Program-made: the position numbers and the translations under genes
In this document: in pieces, positions 23,581 to 35,540 of the stretch
Layout: each line of letters starts with the position of its first letter
Numbering within the stretch: the first letter of the stretch is position 1
Source of the DNA: Felis catus
Taxonomy: Eukaryota
Assembly: GCF_018350175.1 (NCBI RefSeq)
Contig: NC_058368.1
Coordinates: 129,644,001-129,708,000, forward strand
Reading direction: 5' to 3'
Length of the DNA stretch: 64,000 bases
Notes under the pieces: generated by a model
What the model was told of the DNA's origin: nothing
What the model saw: the letters and a program-made list of their open reading frames with translations, nothing else
The model's database searches: none

Positions 23581-25204
23581 TACTTGGAGAAATAAATGGA
23601 AACAAATATAAGCATGTGTCTGGGTCTTTAGGGAAGCTCAAAACAGGCCTGGATGAAGCATACAAGAATTGCCTACGTGAAGGGTCAGCAAGACAGTGGG
23701 AAGTCCTCTGGCCAGTGGCAGCCCTCGGAGGTGTCCCTCAGTCTCCCAGAGCAGGCTTGCTTTAGCATCTCTCTGGCGCTGGCTCATTGGCTGGGAGCAG
23801 CCCGTGGAGGCGTGGCCATGGATTGACTGCTGGTCAACCACGCCCTCCGTGTTTGGAGGCCAGTGGGCACGTTCCCATGGCTGCCACAGTCACTTTTTAG
23901 TAAACAAATTTGACAGTGTACATTAAAAGCTTTTAGAATGATTTTACTTTTTTTTATAATCTTGTAAGTGTACCCTTTGAGATCTGTCCTAAGGAAATCT
24001 CATAAAATGAGAAAAATAACTTGAGTTACAAAACGATTCACAGGAAGTATTTCTAAGAGCAAAAACTTAGAAGCCCAATTTCACTTTCAGTTCATCATGA
24101 CAGTGTCTATCTCATCCATTTCACTCATTTCCTTAGACCTCCTAGCCGTGTTTTGAGTTCGTGAGTTCTCTTATAGTGATTTCAAAAAGGTAAAATCTGC
24201 TGGTTACCAGAGCTCAGTCCTGATGAACTTCTTTGTGTCTCTAGGACTCAAAGGAGAATTCTGCCTCTTAGTCTAGGAAGCAGCTCCCAAGGTTTATGGC
24301 GTATGTGGAAATTCACCAGACTGTGCACTTAGTATTAAAGCACTGCGTGCATTTTACTGCGCCTGTTTCAGCCTCCATAAGGAAGGAAAAGATGAAATCA
24401 AAGGACATGCTGCTCAAAGTTAGAGACCGCTACTCCAGGTGTTCTGATTCTCCTTCCAGATGTAACTCTCAATCTCAGACATGACTACTTGTTCAACTGA
24501 AGTGGGAATCAACCAGGTTACAAGGGCAAACCACCAGATTCAAGTTGTGGCTAAGGGCCAGGGGAACACGAGTGCCACTTTCTACCCACACCACCCCCAC
24601 CCCGACCTCTCTTCTCCCTCTTTCCATGTCCTCACTCTCTTACCACGATGATTTTCTCCTCTGAGCTTCTGCCACTACCTTGGCCCCTAAACTGTCACTA
24701 GTTCTGTTCCAAATCCAGTGTTCAGTGACTATCACCACCATCTCCATTCCTTTATTGGACCTGTGAGTATCCAGGTGTCCTCTGCTTTCTTCATCATTAA
24801 AAAAACATTTTACTTTAGTCCAGAAAATACTTGAGTGACATCACTGGATTTTTTTTCTCTGATAAATATAAGTATATTATAAACCAAATCTTGCTGTTTA
24901 AATTAAAGCTGCAATCTGTCACTTGTTTGACGTGTAACATCTGCCCCTCAGAGATGACAAAATTGATTTGAATTCAAATGAGAACAAAATGTCACTCAGC
25001 CCTGGGATATGTACTCTGTGGCCCCCATCAGGACACAAATACAGTTCTGCATGTAGATATCCAACATTCGTGACTTAGAACCAAATTGTGACTTTGAATA
25101 ACTAAGTGATAAATCAGGGATTTCTTTTCAGTTCAGTGTGGTGACAGGTTGCTGACCTATTCTTATGCTATGTATCCAACAAATATGTATTGAGGAAATA
25201 CATA

Positions 25205-25620
25205 TTGTTGGCAAATACCGAGGATTACTACTCAATATCCATTCTCCCCTTCTTCCATACTAACGGAACCTTCATTTTATTCTGGGCGGCAGCATGTCTG
25301 AGCTCAGGCAATAAATCAATATTGGGCACATATTTGTGACAATTTTGTTCCACTTAGGCAAATCCTAAATATCTCGATTTCTTTTTGCAGTAGAAATCTC
25401 CATGAGAGCCAGTTATCCTTAAAAAAAAAAGATGTAAGGGGCTATCTACCAGGGCCTGACAAAAGGGAGAGATGCCATGGGCATCCCCCCACCTTTTCCC
25501 TAATGCAGACACAATGGAACTGCAGCAACAGTCTCAAGATCATGGGGCAGCAAGCAAGAGAATGAATGGCAGTCACATTGAAGACCGCAGAAGAGAAGGT
25601 CAGGTCAGTTCCTAAGATCA
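25205..25620 (+). mobile_element. Ancient MaLR LTR (MLT1-like)
   Basis: CAATATCCATTCTCCCCTTCTTCC..TTTTATTCTGGGCGGCA start; GAACTGCAGCA..CATGGGG; recalled consensus. Confidence 0.5.
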
Positions 25621-25759
25621 GAAAGACAGGATTAAACTAATGGGCTCAGAAATATAAGGGGCCTGGCAGTGTTATCTGGGCAATAAAATAGAGAACCAGT
25701 GAAAAATGAATAGTAGGAACACCCAGGTGCATTGAGAGCCCAGGTAAGGCTAGCATTAA

Positions 25760-26240
25760 TTTGGAGCAGAACCTTGCTCACATTCATACTTGGTAACAGC
25801 ATAAATTGAGATAACATTTTTTTGGAGAGCAATAGAGTAGCATCTATCCCCATTTAAAATGCACAGATCAATTAAACTAGCAATTCCACTACTGGGAAAT
25901 TATCCTGCAGAAAAACACAGGTGCGAAAAAGGATATATGTACAGGATTATTTATTGCGGCTTTGTTTGAATTAGCAAAAACCTAGAAGCAACCGAAATAT
26001 GAAATTGGGAAAACAAAGTACAGTCATTCATACGATGAAATACTATGCAGCTGTTCAAGAAAGAATGAAGGAGTATACATGTAATGACAGGGAAAGATGC
26101 TCGGGAGATATTCTTAAGGGGGAAAAAAAGAGCAATGGATATAAGATCCCATTTTATTAAAAAAATTCTCTAAACATAAATTAAAAATGCCACGTGTGTA
26201 GGTAAATATACACACAGAAAACGTCTGAAAGAGAAGGGCC
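25760..26240 (+). mobile_element. Ancient L1 (L1M) 3' fragment
   Basis: AGCAATTCCACTACTGGG, TTTATTGCGGCTTTGTTT, AATACTATGCAGCTGTT. Confidence 0.7.
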
Positions 26241-28139
26241 AACCAGATTATTATGTTATTATGTTTTCATGTCTTTTTTACCAACTACCATCGGTGCAAA
26301 AATATTAACTGAAAGCAGACAATAGGAATAACTCAAGGATGAAGTTCAGTATGGGTGACAAGCAGATAAAAATCAGCAGACTTAAAGTAGCTCCAAACGA
26401 TGAACCTTCCAAATAAGATTTGGTAGGGGAAACGTGTAAATGCCAAAGAAGCACAATAAAGAGGAAAAAAAGAGAGGAATCAAGAGACTAAAAGTCATTA
26501 TCAAGGTAAAGAAAAGGTTCAGGAAATGGGATATGAATCTACAGAAGATGAGGAAGATATCTATGGAAGATACGGAAGATAGGGACATTGTGTTGGGGAG
26601 AAGAGAGGAGTTCCTGAGGCTTAAACAGATCTGAACTAGGAAAAAGCCCACAGAGGGAATATGCCTGTGGTTCGTTGCCTGGAGGGACAGACGAAATTAT
26701 AATGTCAAAGTCCCCCTCAATTGTGCACCACAGACTACGCTTCCAAACATGAGGACAGTTCCCCGTGCTCTCCACTGGAGCCTGTTCCATTTACATCAGC
26801 TTTTCTACCTGAGTTTCTCCCCTTCAATGAAAGATGGTATATGCTTGAAATTTCTTTCCCTGGCCTCTGGTGTTAAATAGGCATAATTTCTTTTGAGGGT
26901 CTCTAAGGGACTTTATTGCTAAAAATTTCAGAGGATAACAGAATAACAAATGTTACTGATAAATTATTAAGTCAATAGAATGAGCCTACTCCAACTTCAC
27001 GGTGGTGGTGTTGTGCATATTGTCACCTCTCTCTTAGACCTCGATCATGAACACCGCTGCTAACTGCCAACCCATCCATCTTTTTATTACTGGCCAGGTT
27101 TCTAAATTCCCTTTCATACCACCTTTCCCTGGCTTTAGCTCTGTTGGTTAAGTTTTAACACTAATGCTGATGAGGAGTATTAGCTTTTAGCTCGACGCCT
27201 GACATTTCAGAGCAAGCTCCGGACCTGTTCCTCCCACATCAGCACCTTGTTGATTTGCTCAAAACTATTTCCTAACAAAGGCCTCTGAAGTTGAGAAAAG
27301 TATGGTGGGTCACCAATGAGAACATAGAAGTTTTAGGGACTAAAAGCAGGGGGTTGGATACAAAAGTGATTCCGGAAGTCAGTTGACAGCAGCAACAAGC
27401 TTCAGTGGATGCTGCTGCTATAAAATTGTAAAGGGACCCGGGCGGTGGTTTCCACTGGGGAAGTATGAAAGGGAGTGACCTCAGATGATGAGATTTTGAA
27501 GGAAGCGACATCAAAAAGCGAGAAACAAGTGTATCTATCAGAGCTGTTAGTTACAACACATATTAACCAACTCAGAAAAAAGAACCAACCTGAAAAAGGG
27601 GGTTAAACATGGCAGGGCTCAGACCTCATTGGAGAAGATGTGGTTATACAGCCGAAGGATGAGAGGAAGTCTGTTGGATTTCCCAGGCCAGAGCTGGTCC
27701 ACATCCCCGAGCAAACAATAAACCACCCTCAGCGCTCCAAGGGCCCACGCTGGAGAGCAGGTGTGTGGTGAGAGCTGGATGCCTGTGCAGGGACGAGGTC
27801 TGGATCACACAGTGTCCTTGTTGGGAAAGTCATATCAAGACGGTCACAGAGTCTGAACTGCCATGCAAGGTCACCAAGAGACTGTATAGTATGGGCACAC
27901 AGCTGAGGCACTGTACGACAAGATGTCCCCAGGCATACATCCACCATTTACCACTGGAGAAGCGGAACAAAAACAAAATGCAACATTCTGAAATCACAAG
28001 GAGAAGCCCCCTTCTTCCCGCAAGGGTCTTCCTGTGTCCTGTATTGGCAAATTTAATATTGTGCTTACTCTAAAGCAGAAATCCTTAAGGAGTCCAGTCC
28101 AGTATTGCAGAGCAATTACTAAAGGGTGATTTGGAGCTG

Positions 28140-29060
28140 AGGCAATACATTGATAATCAGTACACACATAATAAAATTAATAGTAATTTCCTGATATTGT
28201 CTAATCCCTGAGCATATTCAGATTTCTCTAATTGTCCCGAAGATATTTTGTATAGTTTGGGTTTTTTTTAATTTGTTTCAAAGTTTATTAATTTTTGAGA
28301 GAGAGAGAGCATGAGCAGGGGAGGGGCAGAGAGAGAGAGAGGGAGACAGAATCTGAAGCAAGCTCCAGTCTCTGGGCACAGAGCCCAACACAGGGCTCAA
28401 ACCCACGAACCATGAGATCATGACCTGAGCCAAAGTTGGACACTTAACCAATGAAGCCACCCGGGCACCCCGTGTTTGTTTTTTTCAACAAGGATCCAAT
28501 CAAGGACTATTATGTCCTTTTAGTCTCTCTTGATTTAGAGCAGTCTCTCCCAGGCTTTTTATTTTAATGACATTGATCTTTAGAAGAAATTGAGTCAGTT
28601 GTTTTATAGACTGAGCCACATTTTAGATTTGTCTTATTATTTCTTCCTCGTGTTGTTTAATTTGGTTTCTGTCTCCTGAGTTTCTTATAAACTGTAAGTT
28701 AGATCCAAAGGTTTGATTAGGATCAGGTGAAATATTTCTAACAAGGATACTTCATGAATGACACCGTGCAACTCATATTGCATCATATCAGGGACAAAGA
28801 GGGCTGTTTTCCCACTATTGAGACCAGAAACTTGGCCACTTGGTTAAGGTAGTGATGGCTGGATATCTCCACTCCCAAGGCATGGTTCTCCATTTGCAAC
28901 TGGAAAATCTTCTGTGGGGAGTCACTTTGACGCCTCGAGAACATCCAGTTCCCCAACAACCTTTCACTTAATAGTCTTAGCATTCAGTTTTTCATCAGGG
29001 ATTGCAAAATGGAGATTTTCTAATTCAATTCCCCCTTCTCTATTTTTTAGCTTGCATTCT
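28140..29060 (-). mobile_element. Ancient L1 (L1MC-like) 3' UTR fragment, interrupted by a SINE
   Basis: AGGATCCAATCAAGG..ATGACATTGA..CAGTTGTTTTATAGA motifs; recalled consensus. Confidence 0.55.
28262..28471 (-). mobile_element. Can-SINE
   Basis: T-tail, (GA)n, GAGATCATGACCTGAGCCAAAG, CCGGGCACCCC end. Confidence 0.93.
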
Positions 29061-29804
29061 TCTGTAAAAAAAAGATCTTTCCTTCATCAGCTGGAAATGG
29101 ACTACACTTTTATGAAAAAGAGGCAAAAAAAATACGTGATTACTTATTTTCTGCTTAAAGGGAAACAAGTTATGATTGGAAAAGATGGAGAAAAATTTTG
29201 GAGCAAGAGCTCAACATGGGTCGGCATGCTCCAGGAAAACAGGAGAGCCCTGGTTCCTGTGGGGCCTGTGAAACAGGGGGCATCGGGAGGTTGGAGGGAT
29301 ATAGCAAGGTCAGCTGTCTGTTCTGCAGTTTGTCTGCCAAGGGCCTCAGTGGAAAGCCCCTGTTTGCCACTCTATTTTCTTTGCAGTCACCCTGGACACT
29401 TTACTACAGAATGCTGATGCCCACTCTAGAGACGTGACCATGTTTAATTCACAATCAGTACTGGGTCCCTGTAAGACAAAGAGGCCACATGGACTGGTAT
29501 GCATAAAGGTGCTCTGAAAATGTAACGTGGTAAACAAAAACAAGACATCATTGTGTGTTTTGGCTGTAACAAATAGTTATTTTCTCAATGGTTTAATGAC
29601 TTTGTGGAAAAAATTTTTAAGCCACCATCTCATTTAAAATTTGAAATCTTTAACGAGAAACCTAAGAAGCCAATCCTAATTTATGTACCTAACATGTTTC
29701 CTCAATGCTGGGATATTTTCTACTTGATTACCTTATTCATATTTATATCTCAAGAGCTTTACAAAATACATTATCTAAACAGAAAAGCAATAAGATGTCA
29801 TGCA

Positions 29805-29935
29805 AAAGAGTATTGGACTAAGACTTATGATCTGAGTTCTGGTACTAACCAGCAGGAAAACCACGGGCAAGTTACTTAACCTCTCCCAGAATCAACTTCC
29901 TCATCTCTAAAATGAGGGTAATAATTCCCTTGTGT
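29805..29935 (+). mobile_element. MIR fragment
   Basis: GGGCAAGTTACTTAACCTCTC..TTCCTCATCTCTAAAATGAGGGTAATAAT. Confidence 0.75.
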
Positions 29936-30919
29936 TGTAGAAAGCAAGTGTAGATTTGAGAAGCAGAAAAATCTAGGTTCATAGCCTTAGGCTCCCCCAT
30001 TCTTGGTATGTGAACTGCGTAAATAAAACTAAATTTCTGAGGGCTTCGATTTCCTTTCTTTTTTAAGCATTGCAAATCTTTATCTCATATTATTTTGTCT
30101 TTATTTTATTTTTTAAAAACAAGCCTACATTACAAATTCGAAATCCGACAAAGCTCCTATTCCTACCTAAAGAGTTCATAAATATGGGCAGGAGAACAAG
30201 TTCATTCATTTGAAAAGAACTTTGTTTAAAACAATAGAAGGTGATATCCATAGGCATTTCCAACTTCTAAGAAGCAATACAAATCTTCAGGCAGCCAGAG
30301 TAGCATTGCCTCTTTGTCTCACTCTCCACAATTTATAGCTTGATTCCTACACTGAAGGGGATAGGATAAAATTTATGTAGTCTAACAGGGGAGAAACTCT
30401 TCCCAAATGACACTCCTGGATGAACTGCCATTTTTTTCAACCTCAAGATGATGTTGAGTTTGTCTTTCTTGTTGGCCTTTCGGATGTTTCTCAGACGTAT
30501 TGCTATTTTGCCCTTTCACTTTTTTTTCCACAAAGAATAAAAACTTTCTTTGAATATAGTATAAGATTGGGATATGACCTCTGATATCTAAACTCACTGG
30601 CTCACATGTGCTTGAACTTTCAATGAGAATACCTCTTGGGCATTCATATTTCTTGATGCCGCACAAAGAGAGAAAATAAAGGGACTCAAAGAAATCCAGC
30701 AGCCCCCAGGTTACAGGACAGCCAGTTTCTAGATATCATTCCTAAGCCTGGGGTTGCAGGTAATTCACACAAGGCCCTCGTCTGATTCTGACCCAGATCC
30801 TCTTTCAGAATAGACTGCAGACACATCATCAAAATCACAAATCGACACCAAAAGCGTGAGGAGCCCTTCTAACACACCAGAGATCTTCACTGCTTCAGAT
30901 TAATGGAAAATATTTATTG

Positions 30920-31143
30920 TAGTAGTTACATCTTGCTGTGTGATGAATAATCCCCAAATTCAGTGGTTTAACAATAGTATAAACATTTAGTATCTCAGTT
31001 TCTGTGTAGTCACTTTCTAAGTCAGCTTAGTTGGGTGCTTTCAGGTTCAAGGTCTCTCATGAGCTTGCACTCAAGATATTAGCCAGGGTGACAGTCACAT
31101 AAAGGCTTGACTGGGATTAGAGGACGCACCTTCCCCACCCCCC

Positions 31144-31186
<43 letters not shown>

Positions 31187-31230
31187 AGGCAGAAATAGCA
31201 ATATCCCCTTTGATCTCATCTTAGAAGTCA
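30920..31230 (-). mobile_element. MaLR LTR fragment (MLT1-like) with (GA)n at 31144-31182
   Basis: CCCCAAATTCAGTGGTTTAA..TCTCAGTTTCTGTG..AAGGCTTGACTGGG..TTAGAAGTCA. Confidence 0.6.
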
Positions 31231-31234
31231 TTGG

Positions 31235-31380
31235 CCTTTATCCGAAGGATACAAATATGCTGATTCAAGGGTCACATGCACCCCAATGTTTATAGCAGTG
31301 CTATCAACAATGGCCAAATTACGGAGAGAGCCCAAATGTCCATCGACTAACGAATGAATAAAGAAGATGTGGTATGTATA

Positions 31381-31421
<41 letters not shown>

Positions 31422-31820
31422 AATGGAATAGTACTCAGTGATCAAAAAGTATAAAATCTTCCCATTTGCAACAACGTGGATGGAACTAGAATGTATCATG
31501 CTAAGCCAAATAAGTCATTCAGAGAAAGACAAATATATCATTTCACTCATATGTGGAATTAAAAAACAAAACAGATGAACATAGTGGAAGGGAAGGGAAG
31601 GAAAAATAAAATAAGGGAGGCAAACCATAAGATTCTCTTAAATACAGACAACAAACTGAGGGTTGCTGGAAGGGAGGTGGGTGGTAGATAGACTAAATGG
31701 GTGATGGGCACTAAGGAGGACACTTGTTGGGATGAGCACTGGGTATCATATGTAAATGATGAACCACTAAATTCTAAACCAATACTACATTATATGTTAA
31801 CTAACTTGACATAATAAATA
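31235..31820 (+). mobile_element. Carnivore L1 3' end with internal (TG)n at 31383-31419
   Basis: ACATGCACCCCAATGTTTATAGCAG..TTTGCAACAACGTGGATGGAACTAGA..GATGAGCACTGGGT. Confidence 0.93.
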
Positions 31821-31906
31821 ATTATCATTTTAATAATAACAAACATTTTTAACAAGACTCTGCTTTCACTTCTTTTGGATATGTACCTTTGAAGTGGGAT
31901 TGCTGG

Positions 31907-32121
31907 GGGGCGCCTGGGTGGCTCAGTCGGTTGGGCAGCTGACTTGGGCTCAGGTCATGATCTCACGGTTCATGAGTTTGAGCCCCACGTCGGGCTCTGT
32001 GCTGATAGCTCGGAGCCTGAAGCCTGCTTCGGACTCTGTGTCTCCCTCTCCCTGTCCCTCCCCTGCTCACATACTGTCTCTCTCTGTCTCTCTCAAAAAT
32101 AAACATTAAAAAAAAAAAAAA
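31907..32121 (+). mobile_element. Can-SINE (SINEC_Fc-type)
   Basis: TSD AGTGGGATTGCTGG / AGTGGGATTACTGG; 14-nt poly(A). Confidence 0.95.
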
Positions 32122-32421
32122 GGAGTGGGATTACTGGAACACGATTGAGTAACCGTAATCCTGTTTTCCCTAGTGGCTGCACCATTTTATAGTTTCACCT
32201 AAGTACATAAGCATTCCAATTTCTACACATCCTCCCCAATACTTATTTTTTTGTTTTAGTTTATAATAAACATCCTAACGGATGTGGATGTGAGGGGATA
32301 TCTTGTAGTTTTTATTTGCATATCTCTAATAACTAGTGATATTGAGCATATTTTCATATATTTGTCAATGATTTCTGTATATCACCCTTGGAGAAATGTT
32401 TTTTCAAGTCTGCCCATTTTT

Positions 32422-32890
32422 GTTTTGTTTTGTTCTAATTAATTAATTTATTTTTAAATTTACATCCAAGTAGTTAACATATAGTGCAACAATGATTTCA
32501 GGAGTAGATTCTTTAATGCCCCTTACCCATTCAGCCCATTCCCCCCCTCCCCACAACCCCTCCAGTAACCCTCTGTTTGTTCTCTATATTTAAGAGTCTC
32601 TTGTGTTTTGTCCACCTCCCTGTTTTTGTATTAGTTTTGCTTCCCTTCCTTTATGTTCATCTGTTTTGTATCTTAAATTTCTCATAGGAAATGAGAAATT
32701 CTCTGACTGACTTCTTTCTCTGACTAATTCCACTTAGCATAATACCTTCTAGTTCCATCCACATAGTTGCAAATGGCAAGATTTCATTCTTTTTGTTTGC
32801 TGAGTAATACTCCATTGTGTGTGTGTGTGTGTGTGTTTGTGTGTATACACCACATCTTCATTCATTCATCGTCGATGGATATCTGAGGTA
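32422..32890 (-). mobile_element. Carnivore L1 3' end with internal (TG)n
   Basis: TSD TGCCCATTTTT at 32411-32421 and 32891-32901. Confidence 0.9.
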
Positions 32891-33513
32891 TGCCCATTTT
32901 TTAATCAAGTTTTTGGTTCTTGTCGAGTTGTGAAAGCATGTTTTTAAACCACACCCACCTTGCAGATTTGTTGTGAGATCTAAAACATTCATGTATACAG
33001 ATCACATTTAACTGTCACATAGTAGGCACCCAAAAAATATTACTTGCCCTCTCAAGGTTGTTATATTAAATAATATATGTAAAACTGCTTTAAAAATTAT
33101 AAACTGCTATACAAATGTGAATCAATACTAAATATCTGTGTGCAAAATAGTTAAATATTTTTCTCAGGTCCTCCACATTTAAATACATAAATCTTTCCCC
33201 CTTTAGACTTTGTTCCTGTTTTTAGTTGTGATTCCTTTTTTTTCCCCTGTTATTGCAAGCTTTATCAAAAAATAGCAGTGGAATTAGAATGAGTAAAGGA
33301 ATCAAAACAATAGCTAATTTCACTAAAGCAAAGTCAGAGTAAGATCTATTTGGAAAGAAAATAAAATGTGAAGGAAGCTGTAACAGATAACACTACTGAA
33401 AAATCCTAAGAGGGCCAGAACTACCGTTCCTTCAGAGGATGTCAGTGATGTTGAAAGATTAATAACGTTTGGATAACATTAATTACAGTGATGTTATAAA
33501 CTCTGCTATTCTA

Positions 33514-33527
33514 GTTGCCATAACAAC
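33514..33527. promoter_or_regulatory. RFX X-box motif
   Basis: GTTGCCATAACAAC fits GTHNYY-AT-RRNAAC; six CpGs in the next ~50 bp. Confidence 0.45.
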
Positions 33528-34974
33528 CCGCTATATGTCGGTTTTCTAATGACATTTCGAACCGGTGCTGAAGCGAACGGCATCACTTCAGAACTTTGAT
33601 TGCTGTCATTCAGTGAGTTTTAAATTGAATTGTTTTGTTCTTAAAGACTCAGTATATGTCACCGTCTTCAAAAATATGCTCAAAATTATGGAGAGGAAAT
33701 GATACACATTTCTATGCAATTACAGAGTACTCGAGAAAAAAGGAGTATCTTTTGTTTGTAATACAAAATTAACAGACTTTTTTCATAGGGAAGAGTTGAG
33801 GAAGGAAAGCAGTAGGAAAGGGGCAAAAAAGCAAGTGCTCCTGGCTTCTCAGAGAACTTGGGCCCTCAGGGAATAGCTTGACAATAGAATTCTTCCTAGA
33901 AGGAGCTTACTTGGAGCAGTTACATCTCTCTCCTGTCCATTCTCTTCTCTTCCCACCTCCCTTTTTCTCCCTTCTTGTGAATTCTTGGCACCCATGATGC
34001 TGGTCAAGGTGGATGCCACACTTGGAAGTAAGTGAGGTGAGGTCATCTCACACAGCTTTGTGATCGCTCTTCCCCCTCCTGGCCAAGCCCCTTCTCTCAT
34101 TGCGGGCACTGCCCAGCATGCATAATGAACAAAAGATTACTTGCCACTCGCTTACATTATACTGAATTTTAATATTCCCAGGGAAATATGTTAAATACAT
34201 ACTGCATCGCTGACAAGAAGCAAAACATGATTGTAACAGACATGCTTCTAAGTTCCCGCTCAGTCCCCAGTCTGTACTGCTCCCACTGCCTGGGGGGCGC
34301 CCCTCCCCACCCAGCCACCTACAAACAATCACGGGTTCAATCAGAAATGAGCACTAAAGCCAACTCATCTACAGGCAAGTGACCTGACGACCAGTCTCTC
34401 TGTCCTCTTCTTCTTTTCTCTCTCTTTCCCTCCCTCTCTACAAGTTGAGCTGAGGTGAAAAGCAGCCATTTGCAAAGGTGTTCACAGCAGAAATGTGGCA
34501 TTTAGTGGCAAAACTCTGTGCTACAGGATTCTGCAGGAAGTGTGTGCCCATGGCACCCCCTCCCCTCCGCCGCAGTGCCAGCGGCATCTCCGTCTGTACC
34601 CCATATCTCAGGCAATATAGGTGGCCTTCTCTTACATAAAGCACATCAGAGTGCTCTCTAAACACTGATCCCACCATCACACCTTCTGTGTAAGCCCAGG
34701 TCTTCCTCTTGACCAGGCAAGCCGTTGGCACTCCTCCAATACTCTCTCCCCACCACTTTCCTCTGTTCTTAGAACTCCATCCACCCACCCAGATACCCCT
34801 GGGCTTCCATCACGCCCTCCCCAAAGCCCTCACCGTACCATCCCCTCACAGTCTTCCCAGGGACCAGCTCAGCAAGCTCATCAGTCCAGCCCAGGCTTCC
34901 GTGGACCAGGAGTCACTGCAGGACCAGAGCCGTGGCTCAGAAAGCAGGTGTCAGGGAGAGAGGTGCCATCAACA

Positions 34975-35540
34975 GTGACATCGACTGGAATTAACAAAGC
35001 TTACGTGAGTTTGACTCATTCTGCACCCAAGATGAAACAGGTAGGCTGACCCCCTTCCCTTTAAGTCTTCTCTGGATGCTCCTCTTTGGGGTGCTGATTT
35101 CACTGGGCCATGTGTGAGCAGGTAAGAGGAGCAGCCTGTGCCACTGTCACTCTCCTCCCTTCTCACTCTAGCCTCTGCCTGGGACCTGTTGGGGGGTCAG
35201 CAAAGGACTCCCTTGCCTTCTGACTCCAGCCCTATTCTGCCAGTTAGGAATTCCCGACAGGAGATAAGAGGGAGGGAAGAGGAGGAGTTTTGGAGTTCCT
35301 GCCTCTGGCTCCTTCTTTGCAGAAGGGTTCTGTGTGATTCTCTCCTTCCAGGCTCCAGTAACTGGCCCTTCCTATGTCTTTTTGAGCTCAGGAGTCATAA
35401 CTGAATCCACTGGTACTGCCCTGTCCTTTATGGATTCCTTACATACTGTCCACACCTGTGTAAGTAGTCCCTTTACTAACCTTTGTCAATATTCGTATTC
35501 ATGAGAGCGGTCTTTCATTTTCCTGCTGGGATCCTGATAT
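34975..35540 (+). mobile_element. Ancient ERVL LTR (LTR16/LTR33-like)
   Basis: CACACCTGTGTAAGTAGTCCCTTTACTAA..TTCCTGCTGGGATCCTGA 3' end; recalled consensus. Confidence 0.5.

Larger units (their letters stand above)
31850..32940 (-). mobile_element. Older L1 fragment hosting a SINE and a younger L1
   Basis: AAGTGGGATTGCTGG, GTGGCTGCACCATTTTA, TTTGCATATCTCTAAT, GAGAAATG. Confidence 0.8.

Noticed and set aside
26440..26634. K/R/E-rich 64-aa ORF and overlapping acidic frame (GYESTEDEEDIY)
   Set aside because: Explained by purine-rich composition; no splice signals, poly(A), TSD or recognisable homology.
28914..29417. 167-aa plus-strand ORF
   Set aside because: Non-ATG start, overlaps an old L1 fragment, no recognisable domain.
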